A stretch of DNA of 64,000 nt from Eledone cirrhosa (taxonomy: Eukaryota). The DNA lies in the NCBI GenBank assembly GCA_964016885.1, contig OZ024740.1, positions 60,698,001 through 60,762,000 of the forward strand, written 5' to 3'. Below, in pieces: positions 40,217-51,133 of the stretch (position 1 is its first letter; the number at the start of each line of letters is the position of its first letter). Under the pieces are notes generated by a model that searched no databases, was not told where the DNA came from, and saw nothing but the letters and a program-made list of their open reading frames with translations. The position numbers and the translations under genes were made by a program.

Positions 40217-40424
40217 CCCTTTCGCATTTAAACCCGCCATAACCGACCAGAATTGTCTCACCTCTTTCTGTTCAAACCTGCTGTAAGCAGCTTCTCATAC
40301 TGATTTTAAGGTATTGTTCTCAAAATAAATAATATCAAAATCTCATAGATTCAATATTATGTGAGATAAAGCCTTTACCATGAAAATATAGTAGTAAATA
40401 TAGAGTAATGTAAATACTAAAAGG
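40217..40424 (-). mobile_element. TTAA-flanked MITE (piggyBac-type), inverted copy
   Basis: Reverse complement of 21402-21621. Confidence 0.75.
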
Positions 40425-41669
40425 TATTCAATGAAGAGATCTACAAAGGCATTGCATCCATGGCCATCTCATCTTTTTTAAGGATATCTACTGAGGTTAA
40501 CTACTCTGAGATTTGCCCTAAATACTTAACCATGCTTTGAGAAGTTAACCTCAATTATTTATTTAGTTTTTACATGTAATTTTTGATGCCTCCTCATGTA
40601 ACTTTATGTACCATATTATATATTTACATTGATTGTTTCTCTTCTCTACATTGGGTAGTAATTCATTTTTTACATTGTTCATTTTTCTCTATATAACACT
40701 CTTCAGAGATTGGATTTGTGAAAGAATAAAATCATAGCTAAATCTTTCAATGACCTAGAATAACAAATCCCCATGGTTGTTGTTCTTGTTGTAAATCACA
40801 ACTGTGATAAGAAGATTTTTCTGAACCCATTGAAACTGTGTAGATCCATTCTTAAATATGACTCATTTGTATATTGCTATAGATAATACACACACACATA
40901 CACACATATACACACACACCAAATGCATATATATGTGCATGTAATAAACACACATATTTCCCTTTCATGAACTCTTATAAAAAGATTAGCCTTTGATTGA
41001 CAATCTGCAATAGGTCATTGAGTACAAACCTTGTTGAATGGTTACTAATTAGTATTAAATTTTTGCTTTTTTTTTATTGCAGTGGAAATCTGCTCAAAGA
41101 TTAAACCAGTGGCATTCAGACTGAAATATCTCTGTTGATGAGAGCATTCAACACTACTTGGACATTGCCAGCTATCTTCTAAACAAATAACAATGTGATT
41201 GGTCTGCTCTTAGATACTTTGATGTCATTGTATGAAACCAAAGAAATCAACTTCCCAAATAAAATTATTTAATCTTTCATTTGATATTTGAAGTATGCAG
41301 ATTCTCTCAGTAACAAACCGCTCTGAAAGCTGCCCTGAGTACACTTATTTACTACTATAATGTCAACAGCTCTACTTCATAAACAATGAAAACATCTTTC
41401 TTTGATATATGCTGAACTACAATGAAATAATATATTGGCTTACATGTTTTTTAATGTTGGAGGAGATAAGAGATATCGGGTTTAAAGTTGGCAGTCACTA
41501 AATAACTTCAAAGATGACTTAAAGTAAACTATTTTCAACCTTATAAACTTTATGGGTAAATATACAACAGCCTAGAGCAACGATTAAAACAAAAAGCAAT
41601 TGGATTTATCATGGACTAAGAAAAGTTTAGTATTTCAATGCTGTGGTTATTGAGTAAATTTAAAATATC

Positions 41670-42408
41670 ATGCTGACTTATAAATTCCGAATATCCAAAA
41701 CAGTGCTTTTCTTTTTGGTCATATTTTCTATATTTTTCTTCTTTGTTAATAATGTACTTTTATCTGAACCAAACATGCAAGCACTTGATTATATCACAGA
41801 TGGAAGGCAAATAAATGCTAGGCAAGATGCACAAGCAAAAGCTCACAGAGAACTCAGTAGCTATGACTCTCAGGCTAGAGTACAATGGCTAGAACGAAAG
41901 CCAAAAGCTCATATTGTTACTGCTGATGAGAAAAAGTTGATAAAAATTCATGGATTAAAAACTGCAGACAAAACTCTTCGGTATAAGAAAACTCTTGATA
42001 AAACATATAAAGACAGCTTTAATAAAAACAATGAGAGCGAAGAATCAGATATGAGTGAATATGATGCAAACATTGAATCAACCCTTATAGATGATGTTGA
42101 TTACAGTAATGATATATATACTGAGGATAATTACTACAACAATGTGGCAGAAAATACAATCTCCAAAGAAAAAGAACTAGGCAAAGGGGGAACTATCAGT
42201 ATGAACAAGCCATTATTAAAATTTAAATCATTTGAAACTTTGCCCAACAATTCTAGCAACAAACAATCCAAAGTTTCTAACACTGAAAAAGAAAGTGGAG
42301 AAGAGTCAGTTATAAATTTTCCGAAATCATTGCTACCAGCCCGGCAGGACTTACCAATAAATAATGGAATATTTTGGTCATCAGCTATTGAAAATCTTGT
42401 GCCAAAAG
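41670..42408 (+). CDS. fj: First coding exon of a four-jointed/FJX1-like Golgi kinase (type II membrane protein)
   Basis: ATG at 41670, short basic N-terminus, transmembrane segment VLFFLVIFSIFFFFV, acidic stem, then NGIFWSSAIENLVPK-G, which resembles the FJX1/fj motif G[IV]FWS..LE..VP.GF. Phase-1 donor AAAG|GTAAGA at 42408/42409. Likely acceptor ttttattgcAG at 41082, giving a ~590 nt UTR. The kinase exons were not found in the window. Confidence 0.75.
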
Positions 42409-43283
42409 GTAAGAGGAAAACAATTAATATATTTATATTTATTTCTCAAATATTTTCTTAAATGTTGTAAAACTTAACATGTAGCCATTTAATTACAGAA
42501 TTTTCTTTATCTTTAAAATAAATAGTAAATGGAGAACTAAATTAAGAATTTTCCAATAATTTTCCTAACATTTACATTTCAGTGGATATGTTTTCTAATT
42601 TTCAAATATTCAAACAAGAATAGTCTTCAATTTTTTTGCCTTAAAAAAAATGAACATTTATAGCTCACATTTTATTATTATTTCTAATGCATACTCAAAT
42701 TCCTGGTCTAACTCTCAATCCCTATGAATACTACAGTCATACTAATTCCAATTTAGTGAATCATCTTAAATCACCATTACTATGGTGACATTAGAAATGG
42801 ATGATAAATTCAAATTTACAAGATAACTGGTGAACTGAAACTGAATTCCAAAGTATAAGAATTTTCTGCTACTATGCTGTCACAAAGAAGCCAATGCTGT
42901 GGAAGTATAATATGGCAAATATTTGATGCTTCAACACTGACTGCATCATTAGTTTGATTGTGTCCACTTGGTTGACTCACTATAGTGTCACTGTCTCTAC
43001 TCACACTTAGCTATTTTTATATTTCTCACATTTCCAATGCACTGTTTCTCTGAGTTGTTTCTCTTTAAAAACAAATGGCTACTAACATAGTTTTTTTCTT
43101 TCCTTGCATTTGCAAAAAGTGGCTAAAAGGGTTAGCACCAGTAAAGGCACCAACCCATAAAGCACTGCTTTAAAATGTCCCATTCAACCTACGCCAGCAT
43201 GAAAAAGCAGACATAAAATTGATGATGATGATAACAGCAAAACTACAAACACACGCATGCATACGCACACACACACACACAAA

Positions 43284-43425
43284 CATACATATATATATAT
43301 ATAATATAACTGTGTAAAATTGCCTCCTGTGTTTTGTTTATTCTTTTTTCAACTATATATATATATATATATAGTTGAAAAAAGAACAAACAAAACAAAG
43401 GAGACAATTTTACACACTTATATTA
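43284..43425. repeat. ~140 bp palindrome centred on a (TA)n run
   Basis: tgtgtaaaattgcctcc..ttttttcaac (ta)n gttgaaaaaa..ggagacaattttacaca. Confidence 0.88.
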
Positions 43426-46009
43426 GGTTCACGCTTGGAAAGTTTGGATATATATAATAGAGAGAGAGAGAGATATTTATGCAGGCCAACATAAAAGTGC
43501 TCAAAACAACTTTATGTTAGGAAAGTGTAGCATATTATATATGTTAATTTATGTGAAATAAACAGAAACTACATACTTGAACTTGCAATATGATTCTGTG
43601 AGTCAATCACACACATAAGCAGGTTTGAAAGATTGTTCTAGGTAGTGTAATTCATTAGTTGTCACCTATAATATATTATATATTTATATGTGATAAATTT
43701 ATATGTATACAGTATAGAAGTAACTGAAACTGAATAAATATGTATAGAAATTTACACATTGAATACTTAGGCATGTAAATATGCTAGATTTATGTATTCC
43801 CCAGTAAACTGAAAAAAAAATGATAAATATTTTGAATTGATTTTCAAATCCTTTGGGGATCTCATCAAAAGATATGTATATCAGCTAAACAACTACAAAG
43901 AAATACATAACAGAAACACTCTTATACCACATAACTTTTAGTAGTATCACTGAAATGGACGCACTAATTTGCATATTATTACTGCATGAATTGGTAGTTA
44001 ATTTTAGACATTTACGCACATAGACCTACAGAAAAATTCACCAACTATTAATTCACTGATTAACAAGTTCTCCTACAGGCAATTGACCAATTAGCATATT
44101 CAGTAACAGCTATTCATTAATTAATATCTTTCTATTCATGCCGAAGCTAAATTTTAATTCAACTTTTAAGTTGAGCAAACTTATACAACTTCATATACAA
44201 ATGAGGCTAATCAGCCAATCTACACAGGCACAAAAAACTATATATTTTCGCTTGTTTCAAATTCCAGCAGTAAGCAAAGGGGAGCATTGTCCTGGTGACA
44301 ACAAGAGCTCAAAATGCATAGATAATTATCCTCCACTGCTTCTGCTCGAATTCGCTAGACGACGCTAGCCATCAGTCTTTCTATTCATAGCTGGGCTTTC
44401 AAAATGTTTATTTATTAAACATACCATATATTAGATATATGAAATTCACATACATGTATCTATACAGCTATGCCAAATATAAATTTTAATTATAGAAATA
44501 GAAATTAGGAGGCTTTTCTCTAACATTTGACTAAATTGTCATAATAATGACCAAAAGATGGGTATCAGCACATATGGAAGTCAAACCCATCTTTTTCCAT
44601 TCAGTGAGTTTATATGCCCCCATTATTACTACTGTTTTATTTAACTAAATGTAGCTTTTATTTCAATTTTCAAACTTCACTCACCACTTTCTAAACATAC
44701 TTCATTCAAATTATATTTAAAATGAGATGTTATGATATAAGCCTCCTACATATAGAATGATAGACTCATCAAGTTTGTTGTTCACAACAAGCATTTTTTT
44801 TATATTCTTTTCGCATTGTTGTGATATTTTGAGCTTTCAAATGAGGCTTTTGATCTGCAATATACTGTTTAGTCTTAATGATGTTTAAAGTTTGCTCATG
44901 TTTAATGCATTGTATGAACTTCTAAATATTTGGGTGGTACGTTGTTAGCTGCCCTTCAAAACTATTCTGCTAACCTTAAACAGAATACTTGGTTTTAGGT
45001 AAATTTTACAAGACTGGCTTATATTCATTCCAAACATTATGTCGAAATTGTGATAGTCAGTGAACAAGCCATCATGTAATACATTTATATGAACCCCTCC
45101 ATTACTATGTTTAGAGTGAAAGAGATTACCAATAATCTTCAAATAATTTTGAAAATAATCAAGAATTTAGAGAGATTTAATAATAGAACTAACCTATTCA
45201 TTATTACTTCTTAATATTCTGTATTACTTGAAACCATAATAATATCATTCTTAATACAATGACTGCATCACATTAAAAATTTAAATCTTTATTCTCATAC
45301 TGCAAATTTTTACAATGATAATATATATACATTTATAAACAAAAATATAAACATTTGAATTAACAAATCAGTTTTTAGATATTTTTTGCTAAATCATTAA
45401 AGGATGTTAAGAGTTAAGCTGAAGTGTGGAGCATAACTTAACAACTGTCTTTCCATAAAGTTATGATGAAAGATTGTTAAATAAATATAAACGCTTAAAA
45501 TATACAGCTTGGTATCATAAAACCTGAGATGGCTTCTGGTGGTTTGATATCAAACCAGTTAAACTATGTATTTGAATAGCACACAAGCGCAAATGTTTCT
45601 TAATTCAACACTCACTGTGTCACTTAATTTGGTTGTGTTCCCTTGATTGACACACTATAGTATCATTGGTTGTATTTTTGTACACAACACTTATTTTTAT
45701 CACATTTCCAATGTTTTTCTTAAAGAAAATTAAAAAATAAAAACAAATGGTTACTAACAATAGATTTTTATATTTTGATTTCTGTAATTCACAAAATTGA
45801 AAAACTCTATTTTAAAGGGCTTATAGAAAAATTGACTACTTAAATAGCTGTAGAATGTAAAGCTTGTAAAATTGCTCTGTTCATATAATCTTAATCATCT
45901 TGAGTGAATAAGTTAATCCATTAATTGCTTGTGGGTTAATTTGCAAATTGATGAATTGTTGGTCAGTATAATACTCTTGTTGAATTGCTGTTGAATTTTT
46001 CACACATTA

Positions 46010-46285
46010 TATCATCATCATTATCATCACTGTTTAATGTTCATTTTCCCATGCTAGCATGGGTTAGACAATTTGTTCTGTTGTGAGACAAGCCAGGTCA
46101 GATGACCATGTTTTGCTCATACGGAACTGATTTTGGCTTGGTTTTTACAGCTGGATGCCCTTCTTAATGCCAACCACATTTACAGTGTGTACTGGGTGCT
46201 TTTTATCATGATACCTACATGACCACTTTACAGTGCGGACTGGGTGCTTTTTGTCATGTCACGTATATGACCACTTTACAGTGTT
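46010..46285 (-). mobile_element. RTE-B-like 3'UTR fragment
   Basis: (CAT)n tail and 3'UTR modules. Confidence 0.75.
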
Positions 46286-46883
46286 GGCTGTGTCACCAAG
46301 ATGACCAAATTTGTTCCTTGTGTACACATAACACATATAAAATAAAAACACTCACATTAGGTGTTTTTTTCAAATCTTTATCATTTTTCCTATATAACAC
46401 AATTTATACAGAAATCATTAATTTTCCAACATTTTGACTTTTTCTCTCCCTCCATATATATATACATCATAATCACCATCATTTTTACGTCTATTTTTCC
46501 ATGCTTAAACATGTCTTTTTCAGTACAGTATCTCTCCATTTGCTGCGTTTCTTCATTATAATGATTTAATGTCTGTTTTCCCAGCTGGCAACTATGTAAT
46601 ATGAGAGCTGCAACGTGATAATATCTGTCTCCCCCATTTAGTGACTGGTATGGTCCATGACTGGTTTACAAAATATGGAAATGAAGGTTGGGGTTTGGTT
46701 TAGCAGGAGTTATATGTGCAGGTCTGTGATGGGTTTACGGTATTTTGTAAGTGATTGGTTTATAGGTCAAAGCAATCAATGGTCTTATTTGCATATATAA
46801 ATCAGAATGGATGCAGTAAAATCTGTTAGACCATTACTCACCAGAGTACTCGATACTTGGGGTAGTAGAGTGTGGTAATATAT

Positions 46884-48451
46884 ATCATCATCATCATCAT
46901 CATTTAACGTCCATCTTCCACGCTTGCATGGGTTTGGACGGGAGTTTTCCCATCTGAGGCAAGAGTGGTTGTCCTGCTCGTATAGAACTGTCTGGTGGGT
47001 TTTCTACGGCTGGATGCCCTTCCCAACACCAACCACGTTTACAGTGTGGACTGGGAGGTTTTTACCGTGTTACCTACACGGCCACATTACAGCATGGACT
47101 GTGTGTTTTTTTTTTTTGTCGTGACACCTACACGACCTCATTTGTTTCAGACTGGATGTTATGGTACCAACATAACTTTACATAGAACGGGGTGGTGTGG
47201 ATGGGGTGGGGGTAGTGGGACGGGGGTGTATTTCGTTAGAGGTGCCTACTGACTGTAGGTTTTGCTTTGCACTTAGGCAAGGCGGGTCTTCTGTATAACT
47301 GTGTAGCGCCAAAGCTCTCAGTCCAGTGACATTGTCTTGGAGAGGTGTAAGTGTGTGAGGTCGGAATTTATCAAGTCATCCCAGGTTTTTCTGGGTCTGC
47401 CTACTCCGTGGCTACCGTCTATTTTTATTGCCCTGCACTTTTTTATACAGCTGTCGTCTTTCATGCGCATCACATGACGGTACCAACGTAGTCTTCTCTC
47501 CAGTAAACAGCATCTGATCCCTTATTCCTAATTTCTCCCTTAGTTCGTTTATGCTTTGCCGTTCACGTATATTACTATTACACATCCAACGGAGCATGCA
47601 AGCTTCGTTTCTCTCCAGTCTGCGTATATCCTCTGCACACAATGCCCAGGTCTCACTGCCATGTAACATTGCTGTTTGTATGCAGGCATCATACAGCCTG
47701 CCTTTCATTTTTAGAGAGAACCCTTTAGCGGCCAATAGTGGTATAAGCTCTCTGAACTTTTTCCATCCAGTTCTAACTCTAGCTACTGTACTTTCAGAGC
47801 ACCCTCCCCCACTGCTGATTTTGTCACCCAGGTAACGGAAGCTGTCCACTATTTCTATAGAACCATCTGTGCAATGGAATGAGCTAGTATTCTGTGGGCA
47901 CTTGCTGCTACTTATTGCACCAGAGCACCGGCCACATATAGAATCTATATTCTTAGTTAGCTTAGTTAGCTAGGTACTTCTCCTGTAGTTGTCGTACAAT
48001 GAAGAGAGCGTCTGTTGTACTTTTACCTGACACAAACCCAAACTGCATTTCATCTAGATCAATTCGCTCTCTGATTAGTTGTGCTATTACTTTTTCTGTG
48101 ACCTTCATGACCTGGTCAATTTATTTAATGCCTCTATAGTTACTCCTATCTAGGGCGTCTCCTTTACCCTTGTAGCAGTTAATGATGATGATGCTGCACC
48201 AGTCCTTCGGAACGACCCCATTCTGTATGACTTGGTTTACTATCCGGGTGACCATAGTGTGTCCCACCGTTCTAGATGCTTTCAGCATTTCGGCAACTAT
48301 TTCCGAAGGCCCGGCCGCCTTTCCCGTCTTCATGTCTTTGATCGCCTTACTTATTATACTACCTTCAACTTGCACTGCTGGTCCCTCTATTGGGTCGATG
48401 TGGGGGAGACTGTCTTTCTCCCAATTATTCTCCTCATTTAGTAGCCTTTCG
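46884..48451 (-). mobile_element. RTE-A 5'-truncated copy with a ~560 bp internal deletion removing the YADD region
   Basis: Colinear with 56700-58933, except for a jump at ~47965 (gttagcttagttagctaggtac) from the equivalent of ~57889 to ~58448. Confidence 0.92.
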
Positions 48452-48459
48452 TATATATA

Positions 48460-48584
48460 TACATATATATGAAGGATTTGGGATCCCGATGGCTGAGCTC
48501 CTGCCGTTTCAACAGCTAGATTAGCTGTTGAAACAGCAGGAGCTCAGCCGTCGGGGTCCGAATCCTTCATATATATATATATGT
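48460..48584. repeat. Near-perfect ~125 bp hairpin made of two copies of a hammerhead 3' half, between (TA)n tracts
   Basis: Centre caacagcta-gat-tagctgttg. Arm consensus GAAA cggc aggagctca gccg TC. Confidence 0.85.
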
Positions 48585-48696
48585 AAATCAGGATCGAATC
48601 AGTTTAAAACTAGTTAGACCATTACTCACCAGAGTACTCGATACTTGGAGTAGTAGAGTGTGGTTATATGATAAAGAGTAGATTCCCAACTCTTTA

Positions 48697-48728
<32 letters not shown>

Positions 48729-48861
48729 GCAGACGTTATATTTAATTTGTTGGGATTCCAACAAACTTAAAAGTTTATAACTGATATAGAGCACTCAACA
48801 GTCTACTGGAGTAAATATTCAATATATTATTAAATGGAAGCTATATTTATAAAGCCATAAT

Positions 48862-48926
48862 TATTTTATTATATATATTTCAAGGGCAACCAAGGCAATC
48901 TTGGTACGCTTTCATCAGATAAAATA
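48862..48926 (-). ncRNA. Hammerhead motif (left arm)
   Basis: Minus strand: tattttat CTGATGA aag...ctt GAAA tatata TA ataaaata. Confidence 0.78.
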
Positions 48927-49038
48927 CAAAATTTGTTTTATAAATAGTGACATAACTGTGGAAAACAACCTATCCAGCGAATTTTCAACCGTCAAGGTTG
49001 TTTTCCACGGTATGTCACTATTTATAAAACAAATTTTG

Positions 49039-49103
49039 TATTTTATCTGATGAAAGCGCATCATAATTGCCTTGGTTGCCCTTGAAATATATATAATAAA
49101 ATA
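49039..49103 (+). ncRNA. Hammerhead motif (right arm)
   Basis: tattttat CTGATGA aagcgca...tgccctt GAAA tatata TA ataaaata. 8-bp stem I and palindromic stem III. Confidence 0.8.
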
Positions 49104-49324
49104 ATTATGTTTTATAAATATAGTTTCCATTTATTAATATATTGTATATATTTATATATATAGTTTAAAAATTCACTTATTTAGTATATGCCCACATATG
49201 TTAAGGTTATATTGTCAAATAAATAAATTGTTATTGCTTGTAGAGATGGAGCCAAGAAAGCAATATACAAGGAATTACATAAAGTGATTTGTAAAACAGA
49301 AGTTTACATGTTTTTTAATATAAA

Positions 49325-49655
49325 ATATTTCAGTGACAATATCGTAAGTTACATATTGTAAATTATATATTGTAAATTATTTGTGATAATATTTTTAAAT
49401 ATTTGTGATAATATTTTTAAATATTTGTGACAATGTTGTAAATTTTTTGAGACGATATTGTAAATTATTTGTGACAATATTGTAAATTATTCGTGATAAT
49501 ATTTTTAAATATTTGTGATAATATTTTTAAATATTTGTGACAACGTTGTAAATTTTTTGAGACAATATTATAAATTGTGACAATATTTTTAAATATTTGT
49601 GTCAATATTTTAAAATATTTGTGTCAACATTGTAAAAAATATATGTGTCAATATC
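49325..49655. repeat. ~20-23 bp AT-rich minisatellite
   Basis: Repeated tatttgtga(c/t)aatatt(g/t)taaa. Confidence 0.85.
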
Positions 49656-49871
49656 TATGAGCTGCAAAAGAATTTGCTATCTTTTTGATTCTTTGAAACA
49701 ATATGTCATTATATTTTAGAAATAACTTTCCTGTTTAGATTTTCCCTATCAAGAAAAACAATGAATTTTTCATATTGATTATGGGAAATATAGCTTGTGG
49801 TCTCCGGAAAACCCTAAAATACAAAACCAACAAAAGTATTCAATTTGACAGTAATCAATCACTTCAGAATT

Positions 49872-50354
49872 TCTGTTATGGTCATAATATATATATATTA
49901 TATATCACCCTCTGTTATGGTCATAATATATAAGTTATATATCAACCTACTTCGGGTCATAATATATAGGTTATATATCACCTCTGCTATAGTCATAATA
50001 TATATATTATATATCACCTCTGTTATAGTCATAATATATATGTTATATATCACCTCTGTTATAGTCATAATATATATGTTATATATCACCTCTGCCATAA
50101 TATATAGGTTATATATCACCTCTGTTATAGTCATAATATATAGGTTATATAACACCCCCTGTTATAGTCATAATATATAGATTATATATCACCTATGTTA
50201 TAGTCAGAATATATAGGTTATATATCACCCCCTGTTATAGTCATAATATATAGGTTATATATCACCTCTGTCATAATATATAGGTTATATATCACCTCTG
50301 TTATAGTCATAATATATAGGTTATATATCACCTCTGTTATAGTCATAATATAGG
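49872..50354. repeat. 36-bp minisatellite (~13 units); a further unit at 54615-54660
   Basis: Unit cacctctgttatagtcataatatataggttatatat. Confidence 0.9.
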
Positions 50355-50397
50355 TACTCGTATCGGTTTATTTTGCTCTGAGATGCTATAGGCCATG

Positions 50398-50890
50398 ATG
50401 GCTACCTCTGAACGCCTTGCTTCCCTGGGTATGGATTCATTGAAGCTCCGACGTCTAGCAATGGGCTTGATAAACACCCACAAAGTTATTAACCATCTCG
50501 CCAACAACAACCCTGAGCACCTTTTTGATCTCCATGTGTCTAACACACATAGACATGCCTACAAAGTCAGAAAACAGCACAGCTCCCATGACTTTCGTAA
50601 ACATTTTTTCACGCTTTCACGCTCAGAGTTGCTGAAGCATGGAACAAACTGCCTGCATCAGTTGTTAGCTGCCGAGACACTGCATCCTTTAAAACCCTCA
50701 TGCTTCCCGAAATTTGCTCAAACTACACCTGATGTACCCCTTCCATACACATGCACACATGTGTATATCATGACTCTTGCACTGTTCATTTTCCTGACGT
50801 TTGTACATTACCCTATGTACTATACACGCACTTTTGATGAGTTGTAGTGCACCTGAGCACTGTACACAATATTTTCATTATTATTTTTAT
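50398..50890 (+). mobile_element. CR1-like LINE 3' fragment
   Basis: ERLASLGMDSLKLRR...HKVI...HAYKVRKQ...FRKHFF, then a frameshifted RVAEAWNKLP: a CR1-group C-terminus. (TTA)n tail. Confidence 0.8.
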
Positions 50891-51133
50891 TTTATCTCAC
50901 AATTTCCCTCCCGCCCACCTACTCACACCACCATAGCCTATTCGACCAATCAAATCTCATTACCAACCCCAACAAACTCTGCCATTACTACTACTACCTA
51001 TCTCTCTCCTCACCCGTCCCAGCCCCAACGCACCCTGCCATTATTATCACCACCACTGTTCTTCTAGCCCTGAATTCTCCTACCATTATGTATGGATGAG
51101 CTGAGAATAAATGGAGCAACCCGGAATTAATAA

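Larger units (their letters stand above)
48820..49144. repeat. Fold-back element, arms 48820-48971 and 48995-49144
   Basis: ~150 bp reverse-complement arms with a 23-nt spacer. Confidence 0.92.

Noticed and set aside
42409-42461. C-terminal KRKTINIFIFISQIFS of the 263-aa ORF
   Set aside because: Probable intron read-through after the GTAAGA donor.
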